In this document: in pieces, positions 43,001 through 55,000 of the stretch
Position numbering within the stretch: position 1 is the first letter of the stretch
Layout: each line of letters opens with the position of its first letter
From: Candidatus Binatia bacterium
Lineage (GTDB): Bacteria > Desulfobacterota > Binatia > UBA9968 > JAJDTQ01
Direction: 5' to 3'
Assembly: GCA_963666515.2 (NCBI GenBank)
Contig: OY762897.2
Coordinates: 3,872,001-3,936,000, forward strand
DNA length: 64,000 nucleotides
Program-made: the position numbers and the translations under genes
The notes under the pieces: generated by a model
The model's input: only the letters and a program-made list of their open reading frames with translations
Database searches by the model: none
Told to the model about the DNA's origin: nothing

Positions 43001-46000
43001 TCCCTTCGCGGGCGGCAGGGGGCACGCGCTGGTGGGCGCGCGGCACGAGTCGGCCCGCGGCGAGACCACGTTCGAGACCGAGCTGCACGCGACCGCGCCG
43101 GAGTGGCTGTCGGGGCATCGGGTGTTCGGACAGGTGGTGGCGCCGGCGGCGCTGTACGGGGCCATGGCGTCGAGCGCGGCGTCTTTGGCCGCGGGTCCCG
43201 GCTCCGCGGGCGGCGGGGTGGTGCTGGAGGACGCGCGGATACGCGGGCCGCTGGTGCTGCCGGAGGGGGAGGGTGACGGGGCCGAGCCGGGCCGCAGGGT
43301 GCAGGTGGTCGTCGGAACGGCGGAGGGATCAGGCCGGCGGACGGTGGCGATCTACAGCAAGGGAGACGAGGCGGCCGGGTGGGCGTTGCACCTCGAAGCG
43401 CGCGCCGCGGTGGAGGCGCCGTCGGCCGAAGCGGGTCCAGACCCGGAAACCGTGAGGAGGGGCTTGCGGGAGCGCGAAGCCGCGGAGTTCTATCGCGCGT
43501 TGGCGGCCGCGGGCATGGATTTCACGGGGCCGTTGCGCTCGGTGCGGGAGCTGTGGTGCGGACCGGGAGAGGCGGTGGGCGAGGTGTCGCTGGCGGAGGG
43601 GCTGGAGGAGCCGGGCGCCGCGGCGCACCCGGTCCTGCTGGACGGGTGTTTCCAGGTCATGGGCGCGGCGTTGGCGGACGGCGGGGAGGACGGGGCGTAC
43701 ATGCCTTTCGGCTGGGAGCGGCTGTGGGTGAAGGGGACGTGGCCGGAGCGGGTGACGTGCCACGCGCGCTTGCGGGAGTCCGGGGGCAATGGCGGGAGCG
43801 CGGGGTCCGGGGAGGTGATGGTCGCGGACCTGTGGGTGTACGGCGCGGAGGGAGCGTTGCTGGGGGCGGTGAGCGGGCTGGTGTTCAAGTGGGCGACGCG
43901 GGCGGCGTTCCTGGCCGCGGCCGGGGCATCGGCGGAACTGTTGTACACGCCGGTCTGGCGGGAGTCGGCGCGCGTGGTCCCGGCGCCGGGTCCGGCGGAG
44001 GCGGAAGAGGCGCCGGGGCTGTGGGTGGTGGCGTTGGACGAAGCGGGTGAGGGCATGGCGTTGGCGGAGGCGTTGGCGGCGCGGAATCAGCGGGTGGTCG
44101 CGGTGGCGGACGGACAGGCCGAGGGCGCGGAGGACGTGGCCGCGCCGGAGGTGGAGGAGGCTCCCGCGGGGGCGGGGTCCAGACCCGCTCCGGCGCCTCC
44201 CGGGGCATCGGCATTGCCCGGCGTGGAGGTGTTGCGGTCGGCGGTGGTGAGCCGGCAGGGGTGGCGGGTCCTGCTGGAGCGGCTCACGGAGGAGGCGGGG
44301 TTGCGGGGGGCGGTTCACCTGGGGGCGTTGGCCGGGCACGGCAATGGCGCGGGCGCGGCGGAGATGGCGGAAGACCTGAAGCGCGGGACCGGGAGCGCGC
44401 TGGCGATGGTCCAGGGACTGCTGGACGCGGGCGCGGAGCCGAGCGGCGGGACGTGGCTGGTGACGCGCGGGGGTCAGGTGGTGGACGGGGAGACGGAGGG
44501 CGAGCTTTCGGGGGCGGCGTTGTGGGGGATGGGAAAGACGCTGGCCTGGGAGGCCGGGCAACTGAAACCCCGGCTGGTGGACCTGGACCCGGAAGACCCC
44601 GGCGGGTTCGGGGGATTGGTGGAGGAGCTGCTGCACCCGGACCGCGAGGGCGAGGTGGCGTACCGCGGGGGCAGCCGGCGGGTGCTGCGTCTGGCGCGAG
44701 GGGGAGGGGGGACGGAGTCCCCGGGCAGGGCGGTCGAGGGGGAGAAGGCAAGGCCGGACGGGTCTTCGGCGCCGTTCCGGGCCGACGGGACGTACCTGGT
44801 GACGGGAGGACTGGGCGGGATCGGGATGGAGGTGGCGGGGTGGCTTGCCGCGGGAGGGGCGCGGAACATCGTGCTGAACGGGCGGCGGGAGCCCGGGGTG
44901 GAGGCGCTGGCCGCGGTGGAGGAGCTGCGGGCGCGCGGCGTGGACGTGCGGGTGGAGCTGGCGGACGTGGCCGACGGGGCCGCGGTGGCGGCGATGCTGG
45001 AGCGCGTGGAACGCGGGATGCCGCCATTGGCGGGGGTGTTCCACAGCGTCGGAGTGTTGGCGGACGCGTCGGTGATGAACCAGGACTGGGAGCGGTTCGA
45101 GCGGGTGTTGTGGCCGAAGGTGATGGGGGCGTGGCACCTGCACCGGGCCACCGCGGAGCGGGAGCTGGAACTGTTCGTGCTCTTCACCAGCGTGGCGGGA
45201 GTCCTGGGGAATGCGGGGCAGGCGAACTACGCCGCGGCCAATGCCTTCCTGGACCAGTTGGCGCGGCACCGCCGGGGGGCGGGACTGGCGGGGCAGTCCA
45301 TCGCGTGGGGTGCCTGGTCGGGCGTGGGGGAGGCGGACGAGCAGCGCGACCGGATCGGTGAGCGGTTGGCGGCCGTGGGCGTGGGCTGGATGACGGCGCA
45401 GCAGGGACTGGGGGCGCTGGACCGGGTGTTGCGCGGGGGAGCGCCCACCAGCGTGGCGGTGTTGATGGACTGGCGGTTGTACGGAGAGCGGGTGAAGGAC
45501 GCGCCGCCGTTGCTGGAGGAGCTGGTGGCGGCGCCCGCGGGCGGCGGTCCGGAGCCCGGTCTGGAGTTGCTGGACCGGCTGCGGGGAGTGCGGGAGCCGG
45601 AGCGGGAAGGGGTGCTGCTGGAGTTCGTGCAGCGGGAGTTGCAGGGGGTGTTGCAGACGCCCACGTTGCCGGCCGCGGGGATGGGCTTTTTCGACCTGGG
45701 GATGGACTCGTTGATGGCGGTGGAGCTGCGGAACCGTCTGAACCGGGGATTGGGGGGCGTTGCGGTGTTGTCGAGCACGGTGGTGTTCGACCACGGCAGT
45801 CCGGCGGCGTTGGCGCGTCATCTGGCGGAGCAGTTGGGAGTCCTGGCGGGGCCGGAGATGCGCCGGGCGGCGCTCCGCGGCAGGGCGGCCGGAGCGGACG
45901 AGGGGATCGCGATCGTGGGGCTGGCGTGCCGGTTTCCCGGCGGAGGCGGAGTGGATGGATTCTGGCGCCTGCTGGAGTCGGGAGGGGATGGGGTGAGGGA

Positions 46001-49000
46001 GGGTCGGAAGAACCCGCCGCCCGGGGCATACGGGGGAGCGGGCGGAGGGGAGCCGTCGATACGGTGGGGCGGATTCGTGGAGGGGGTGGAGTTGTTCGAC
46101 GCGGAGTTCTTCGGGATAGCCTCGGCGGAGGCGGAGTTGCTGGACCCTCAGCAGCGGTTGCTGCTGGAGGCGAGCTGGCAGGCGCTGGAGTCCGCGGCGA
46201 TCGACGCGCGGAGGTTGAGGGGCAGCCGCACCGGGGTCTACGCGGGGATCTTCACCAGCGACTACCGGGAGCTGGTGCTGCGGGACGAGTCGGTGAGCGC
46301 GTACATGGCCACCGGCACCAGCGCGGCGACGGCCATCGGCCGGGTGGCGTTCACGCTGGGGCTGGAAGGGCCGGTGCTGGCGGTGGACACGGCGTGCTCG
46401 TCGTCGCTGGTGGCGGTGCACCAAGCGGTGGTGGGGTTGCAGCGGGGCGATACGGACTTGGCGCTGGCGGGCGGGGTGAACGTGATGTTGTCGGCCGCGG
46501 TGACCGAATCGGCGGTGAAAGCGGGGATGCTGTCGCCGGACGGGCGCTGCAAGACGTTCGACGCGTCGGCGAACGGGTACGTCCGCGGCGAGGGCTGCGG
46601 GATGGTAGTGCTGAAGCGGCTGCGGGACGCGGAGGCGGACGGGGACCGGATCTGGGCGGTGATCCGTGGATCGGCGGTGAACCACGACGGTGCGAGCGCG
46701 GGGCTGACGGTTCCGAGCGGTCCGGCGCAGGAGCGCGTGATCGGCGCGGCGTTGGCGCAGGCGGGGCTGTCGCCGGCGGAGGTGGACTACCTGGAGGCGC
46801 ACGGGACCGGGACGGAGTTGGGGGACCCGATCGAGGTGAACGCCGCGGCCGCGGCCTATGGCGCGGGCCGGGAAGCGGACCGGCCGTTGCTGCTGGGGTC
46901 GGCGAAGACGAACGTCGGTCACATGGAGGCAGCCGCGGGGGTAGGGGGACTGATCAAGGTGGTGCTGTCGATGGCGCACGGGGTGATCCCCAAGAGCCTG
47001 CATTTTCGGGAGCCGAATCCGCACGTGGACTGGGAGGGGCTGCCGGTGCGGGTGGTGTCGGAGCAGGAGGAGTGGCCGGTGCGGGAGGGGACGCCGGCGC
47101 GGGCGGGGGTGAGTTCGTTCGGGTTTTCGGGGACCAACGCGCACGTGGTGGTGGAGGGGTATGGGGACGCGTCGGAGCAGAGGAAAGGGCTGACGGGTTC
47201 CGGGCGGGCGGTGCCGGTGGGACGGCCGGACGGGCTGGCGGAGGAAGGGCCGGAAAGTGGAGTCGAGTGTGAGGCACGGGAGCGCCGGCTGCTGGCGTTG
47301 TCGGGTCGGACGGAGGGAGCGGTGCGGGAGTTGGCGGGTCGTTACGTGGAGTGGCTGGATGAGCGGGGGCCGTGGACGGACGAGAGTGTCGAGGATGGGG
47401 ATTCGTCCGGGCGGGAGAGGTTGGCGGACATGGCGTGGACGGCCGGAGTGGGGCGGAGCCATCACGGACATCGCGCGGGGGTGACGTTTGCGGGTGTCGA
47501 GGAGTTGCAGGGGAAGCTGGGGGAGTTGGCGGAGGGGAGGAGCGCGCCGGGGGTGGCGGCGGGATCGCGGGCGGCGCGGGAGAGCGAGGAGGCGCCGAAG
47601 GTGGGCTTTCTGTTCACGGGCCAGGGGAGCCAGTGGGCGGGGATGGGCCGCGGGTTGTACGAGCGGGAGCCGGTGTTCCGCGGGGTCCTGGACCGTTGCG
47701 ATGCCGCGGTTCGGGATCTGCGCGGGGAGTCGCTGCTGGAGGTGATGTTCGGGGAGGAGGGAGCCGAGGGGCCTTTGGACGACACGCGGTGGACGCAGCC
47801 CGGGTTGTACGCGCTGGAGGCGGGTTTGTGCGAGTTGTGGGCGAGCGTGGGGGTGAGGCCCGTGGCGGTGCTGGGGCACAGTGTCGGGGAGATAGCGGCG
47901 GCGTATGCGGCGGGGGTTTGGACGCTGGAGGAAGGGGTGCGGTTTGCGGCGCGGCGCGGAGAGTTGATGGGGAATTTGCCGGTGTCGGGGCCGAGTGCGG
48001 GAGCGATGGCCGCGGTGTTCACGACAGCGGTGGGAGTGGAGGATCTGGTGGCGGAGTTGAACGGGACGAGGAGGGGAGAGGATTGGCTGAGCGTGGCGGC
48101 CTACAACGGAGCGCACCAGGTGGTGAGCGGCGCGGCCGGGGCGGTGGAGGCTCTGCTGGAGCAATGTGAGGAGAACGGGATACGCGCGGCTCGATTGCGT
48201 GTGAGCCACGGGTTCCACAGCGTGCTGATGGAGCCGGTGCTGGAGGAGTTGGAGGGGCTGCTGGAGGGGGTGGGTGTATCGGCGCCCGGGGTGGATTTGG
48301 TGAGCAACGTGACCGGGCGGGTGTTGGGGTCGGGAGAGTTGATGGACGGGGCGTACTGGCGGCGTCACGCCCGGGAGCCGGTGGCGTTCGGGGCGGGGGT
48401 GGCGGCGTTGTCGGAGACGGGGGTGGAGGTGCTGGTGGAACTGGGGCCGGGGCCGGTGCTGGGCGGGATGGCGGCATTGGCGTGGCCGCAGGAGGAGAGC
48501 GAGGGGAGGAAGCCGTCCGGGTCGGGGCCCTGGGGGCCGGTGATGGTGTCGAGTCTCAGGGGCAAGGGGGCGGACGGCGGCGCGGGAACGTCGGACGGTG
48601 GGTTCGTGGATGCGGTGGCGGTGGCGTATGCGGCCGGGTTGGAGGTGGGCTTCGCGGGCCTGTTCGTGGGAGAGGAGCGGCGCCGGGTGTCGTTGCCGGG
48701 GTATCCCTTCCAGCGGCAGCCGTACTGGATGGATGGGCTGGAGCGCGGTCCGCGGGCGGGAGCCGCGGGTGATGCGCTGCTGTCGGCGGCGGCTCGCGGC
48801 AAGGATCTGCTGTACGAAGTGAAGTGGCGGGACGTTGCGGTGGAGGGGGCGGCCGCATCGGCAACCGGACGGTTGCTCGTGGTGGACGGGAGCGGCGGGG
48901 AGTCGCCGTTGGCGGACGGGTTGGCCGGCGCGTTGGAGGGCTGCGGGGTGTCGGTGACGCGGGCGCCGGACCGGGAGCCGGCGGGGCTGCTGGCAATGGT

Positions 49001-52000
49001 CGCGCCCGGCGATGGTGACGGCAATGGAGCCGCTGCGGAGGGGCCGGCGGGAGCTTCGGATGCGTTGGCCGGGATCGTGCTGGCGGCGCCGTCGTGGCAA
49101 TGGCACCCGGATTCCCTGACCGAGCCGCTGGAGTGGCTGCTGGAGCTGGTCCAGGGGTTGGCGGCGTCCGCGGTGTCGTTGCCGCTGGGAGTGTGCGTGG
49201 TGACGCAGTCCGGGGTGGCGGCATCGCCTGGAGAGGCCGTGGATCCGGTGGCCGCGAGCCTCTGGGGCTTCGGGCGGAGCATGCAGGTGGAGCAGCCCGG
49301 GTTGGGGCTGCGGCTGGTGGACCTGGAGCCGGCCGCGGGCGACGGGGTTTCGGGGGAGCGGCCGCCCGAGGGATCCGCGGAGTTGGCCGCGGCGCTGGTG
49401 GGGGCGTGCGGCGAGAACCAGTTGGCGGCCCGGGGCGGGGGTCTGCTGGCGCCGCGGCTGGAGCGGATGGGAGATGAGCGGGCCGGACCGGCGGCCGGCA
49501 CGGCGGTGGTGAGCGGTGAGGGGAGCTACCTGGTGACGGGAGGGCTGGGGTACCTGGGCCTGGAATTGGCGGAGTGGCTGGCGCGTGAGGGTGCGCGGCA
49601 CGTGGTGCTGGTGAGCCGGCGCGCGCCGGACGAAGAGACGCGCGCCCGGCTGGATGGGCTGGAACGGGAGACCGGGTGCCGGTTGCTGACGGAACGCGTG
49701 GACGTCGGCGACGGCGCGCAGGCGGCGGCTTTGCTGGGGCGGTTCGCGGCGCCCGCAGAGGGAGCGGCGGCGGACGCCGAGTGGCCGCGGCTGCTGGGAG
49801 TGTTCCATGCCGCGGGGGTGGTGGACGAGGAGGCGGCGGTGACCGAGCAGACCGCGGCGCGGCTGGCGGGGGTGATGCGGGGGAAGGCGCTGGGGGCGTG
49901 GCATCTGCACCTCGGGACCGCGGAGCGGGGGCTGGAGTTGTTCGTGCTGTACTCGTCGGTCTCCTCGGTGTGGGCCTTGCCGCGCCAGAGCGGTTACGCC
50001 GCGGCCAACGCTTTTCTGGACGGGTTGGCGGCGTTGCGGCGGAGCCGGGGGCTGGCGGCGACGAGCGTGTGCTGGGGACCGTGGGGCGGGGGCGGAATGG
50101 GCCGTGAGGCGGAGGTGGAATCGTGGATGACGCGGCAGGGACTGGGGCTGTTGAGCGCGGGGACCGCGCACGCGGGGCTGGAAGAGTTGCTGAGGCGGGA
50201 CCGGGCCGCGGGGGTGGTGCTGGACGCGGACTGGGCGCGGGTGGGAGCGGTGCTGGGAGAGGAGACGCCGCCGCTGCTGTCGGCCCTGGTGCTGGAGGCG
50301 GAGGGACCGGAAGCGCGGGAGAGCGGTCTGCCGGAGGACTTGCGCGGGGCGCGGCCGTCGGAGCGGGAGAGCCTGGTGTTGGAGTTCGTGCAGGGGGAAT
50401 TGCAGGGGGTGTTGGGTCTGCCGGCGCCGCCGGAGCCCGAGGTGGGGTTCTTCGACCTGGGGATGGACTCGCTCATGGCGGTGGAGTTCCGCAGCCGGGT
50501 GAACCGGCGGCTGTCCGGGGCGCACGTGCTGTCGAGCACCGCGGCGTTCGACTACCCGACTCCGGCGGCCCTGGCGCGCCACCTGGCGGAAGCGCTTGGG
50601 GTTGTGGAAGCGGCCGAGGCGCCGGCGCATCGGGTGCCGATGCCGCGTGGCGACGAGGGGATCGCGGTGGTGGGGATCGCGTGCCGTTTCCCCGGCGGCG
50701 CCGGCGCCGAGGGGTTCTGGCGCTTGCTGGAGTCGGGCGGAGACGCGGTGACCGAGGGGCGCGGCAGCCCGCTCCAGGGATTGGGGACCGCCGCGGTCCC
50801 GGACGACGGGCGGTGCATCGGCCCGGGCGGGTTCATCGAGGGCGTGGACCTGTTCGACGCGGAGTTTTTCCGCATCGCCCCGGTGGAGGCGCGGTTGCTG
50901 GACCCGCAGCAGCGGCTGCTGCTGGAGACGAGTTGGGAGGCGCTGGAGAACGCGGGGATGGACGCGGGCGGTCTGAGAGGGAGCCGGACGGGGGTGTACG
51001 CGGGCATTTCGAGCCACGACTACGTGGACGTGATGGCCGCCGCGGGCGCGTGGGATGAGGCCACCCTGTACCTGGCGTCGGGGAACAGCGGCGCCACGGC
51101 CATCGGGCGGGTGGCCTTCACGCTGGGGTTCGAGGGTCCCGCGGTGGCGGTGGACACGGCGTGCTCGTCGTCCCTGGTGGCGGTGCACCAGGCGGTGTCG
51201 GGCTTGCAGCGGAGGGAGGCGGACCTGGCGCTGGCGGCCGGGGTGAACGTGCTGTTGTCGCCGGTGCCGAGCGAGGCGCTCCGGTCCGGGGGGGCGCTGT
51301 CGCCGGACGGGCGGTGCAAGACGTTCGATGCGTCCGCGGACGGGTATGGCAGATCGGAGGGCTGCGGGGTGGTGGTGCTGAAGCGGCTGGCTGAGGCGGA
51401 AGCCGACGGGGACCGGATCTGGGGAGTGATCCGGGGCGCCGCGGTGAACCATGACGGCGCCAGCGCCGGGCTGACGGTGCCCAACGGGCCGGCGCAGGAG
51501 CGCGTGATCGGAGAGGCGCTGGCGCGGGCGGGTTGGGCGCCCGGGGAGGTGGACTACCTGGAGACGCACGGCACCGGCACCGAGCTGGGAGACCCCATCG
51601 AAGTCGGCGCCGCGGCCGCGGCCTACGGTCCCGGCCGCGACGCCGGGCGTCCGCTGCTGCTGGGGTCGGCGAAGACCAACGTGGGGCACCTGGAGGCCGC
51701 GGCCGGGGTGGCGGGACTGATCAAGGTGCTGCTGTCCATGGCCCACGGGGTGATCCCCAAGCACCTCCACTTCCGGGAGCCGACGCCGCACGTGGACTGG
51801 CAGCGGCTCCCGGTGCGGGTGGTGTCGGAGTCCGAGGGTTGGCCGCCGGCGGGCGGGCGCCCGGCGCGGGCCGGCATCAGCTCGTTCGGATTCTCGGGAA
51901 CCAATGCCCACGTGCTGGTGGAAGAGCACGGCGCCGTTGCAGCGGCCAGCACCCGTCATTCCGGCGAAAAGCCTGCCCCGTACTTGATACGGGGCCGGAA

Positions 52001-55000
52001 TCCAGTGGCGGGAGGCGCGGGGCCGGCGGTAGCGGTGGGGTGGCCTGAAGGCGCATCGGAGTTCCGCCCGGCGGACGGGAGCGCCGGCGGCGCGGGAGTC
52101 CGGGAGCGCCGGCTGCTGGCGTTGTCGGGGCGGACGGATGCGGCGTTGCGGGAGTTGGCGGGGCGCTACGTGGACTGGCTGGAGGAGCAGGCGCCGTCGC
52201 CGGAGTCCGGCGGCGCGGATACGGGCTTGTCGGAGAACGAGTGGCTGGCGGACGTGGCGTGGACCGCCGGGGTCGGGCGGAGTCATCACCGTCACCGCGC
52301 CGGGGTGACGTTCGCGGCCGCGGCGGAGTTGCGGGAGAAGCTGGCGGCGTTGGCGGCCGGCGGCGAGGCCGCCGGAGCGGCATTGGGGTCGGTGGCCGCG
52401 GCGGAGAGCGGGGACGGGCCCAAGGTGGGGTTCCTGTTCACCGGCCAAGGGAGCCAGTGGGTGGGGATGGGGCGGGAGCTGTACGAGCGGGAGCCGGTGT
52501 TCCGGGCGGTGCTGGACCGTTGCGAGGCCGTGGTCCGGGAGCTTCGCGGAGAGTCGTTGCTGGCGGTGACGTTCGGAGACCGCGGAAACGCCGGGTCCCT
52601 GGACGACACCCGCTGGACGCAGCCGGCCCTGTATGCGCTGGAGGCGGGGCTGTGCGCGCTGTGGGCGAGCGTGGGGGTGAGGCCCTGGGCGGTGCTGGGG
52701 CACAGCGTGGGCGAGATCGCTGCAGCCCATGCCGCGGGGGTGTTCTCGCTGGAGGCGGGGATCCGGTTCGCGGCGCAGCGCGGCGAGTTGATGGGGTCGC
52801 TGCCCGCAACGGGGCCGGAGGCCGGCGCCATGGCCGCGGTGTTCGCGCCCGCCGGATACGTGGAGGAATTGGTCCGGGGGTTGAACGGCGCGGGACTGGG
52901 CGTCGCGGCGTACAACGGCGCGCACCAGGTGGTGAGCGGGTTGGTCGGGGCGGTGGACGAGCTTCTGGAGCGGTGCGGATCGGCGGGCGTGCGGGCGGAG
53001 CGGTTGCGGGTGAGCCACGGCTTCCACAGCGAGCTGATGGAGCCGGTCCTGGACGAGTTGGCGGGCCGGCTGGCCGGCGTGGAGCTTGCGGCGCCCAGGG
53101 TGGCATTCGTGAGCAACGTGACCGGCGAGGCGCTGGCGGAGGGGGCGGCGCTGGACGGGACCTACTGGCGGCGGCAGGCGCGGGAGCCGGTGGCGTTCGC
53201 CGCGGGGGTGAGAGCGCTGGCGGGGCTGGGAGTGGACGTGCTGGTGGAGGTGGGGCCGCGGCCGGTGCTGGGGACGATGGCGGCGCTGGCGTGGCCGGAC
53301 GAGGACGAAGAGGAAGGAGGCGCGGCCGGGATGTCTTCGGGACCGGGTCCCGCGCGCCCGGTGCTGCTGTCGAGCCTCGACCGGAGATCGCGCGGGGGCG
53401 ACGGGGACGGCCCGGGACCGCCGGAGGGCGGGTTCGTGGAGGCGGTGGCGCGCGCTTACGCGTCGGGATTGACGGTGAGCTTCGAGGGGCTGTTCGCGGG
53501 CGAGGAGCGGCGCCGGGCGTCGTTGCCCGGCTATCCGTTCCAGCGGCAGCGGTACTGGGCGGACGCGCCCAGGCGGCGCCGCCGGATCGAGGGCGCGGAC
53601 CACCCGTTGCTGGGCGCGCGCCGGGAGTCGGCCAGCGGCGAGACCACCTTCGAGACCGTCCTGTATGCCGCCGAGCCGGAGTGGCTGGCGGAGCACCGCG
53701 TGTTCGGGCGGGTGGCGGCGCCGGGGGCCATGTACGGCGTGATGGCGCTGAGCGCGGCGTCGCCGTCAGCGGGGCCGTCGCACGCGAAGGGCGCCGGGGC
53801 CGCGGTGGAGGACGTGCAGATCCACGCGCCGCTGGTGCTGCCGGAAGGGGACGACGGCGGCGAAGGGCCGGGCCGGACCGTGCAGGTGGTGGTGAGCGCG
53901 GCCGACGGATCGAGGCGGAGGTCCGTAAAGATCTACAGCAGGGGAGAGGACGAGGGCGAGTGGACGCTGCACGCGGAGGCCCGCACGGGGGGCGGCGGCG
54001 CGGTGCGGGAAGCCCGGGCCGGGTCGGACCTGGAGGCATTGAAAGAGACCCTGTCGGAGCAGGACCCCGCGGCGTTCTATCGCGTCTTTGCGGCCGCGGG
54101 GGTGGAGTTCGGAGGATCGTTCCGCACCGTGCGCAGGCTCTGGCGCGCGCCCGGCGAGGCCGTGGGTGAAGTGGCGCTGGCTGAAGGGCGCGGCCTCGAA
54201 GAGGCGGGGGCCGCGGTCCATCCCGTGCTGCTGGACGGCTGTTTCCAGGTCGTCGGAGCGGCGATCCGGGAGGCGGAGGAGGCGCGGACCGGCGCTGATG
54301 AAGACGGCGTCACCTACCTGCCTTTCGGATGGGAACGCCTGTGGGTGGGCGGGACGTTGCCGGACCGCGCGACCTGCCACGCGCGGCTGCGGCAGCCGTC
54401 CGGTGCGGAAGCCGGCGGCCGGGACGCGCCGGGAGAGGTCCTCGCCGCGGACCTGTGGCTGTACGGCGAGGACGCCACGCTGCTGGGCGCGGTGGCGGGC
54501 CTGGTGTTGAAGCGGGCGACGCCGGCGGCGTTCCTGTCGGGCGCCGGACGGACGGACGATCTGCTGTACGCGCCGGTGTGGCGGGAGGCGGGCTCCGCGG
54601 GCGCGCTGCGGCCGGCGGATTTCCTGCTGTCTCCCGAGGCCGCGGCGTCGGGCGCGGGGTCGCTCGAGGACCACCTGGCCGCGGAGGGGTTGTCGGTGCG
54701 CGCGGTCTCGGCCCTGCTGGCGGACTTGGAGCGTCTGTCCCGGGGCTATGCGGTGGCGGCGTTGGACCGCCTGGGATGGCGGCGTGAGCGCGGCGCGGAG
54801 GTGGCGCAGGAGGAGTTGCGCCGGCGGCTCAACGTGGTGGCGGAGCAGGCGAACCTGTTCGGCCGCGTGCTGGCCCTGGCCGCGGGCGGGGGGGTGCTGG
54901 AGCGGGCGTCGGGGGCCGGGGGCCCGTCGTGGCGGGTGCTGCCGGGCGCCGGCGAGGGGTTGCCGGACGGAGAGTTGCCCGACCCGGCGGCGTTGGCCGC

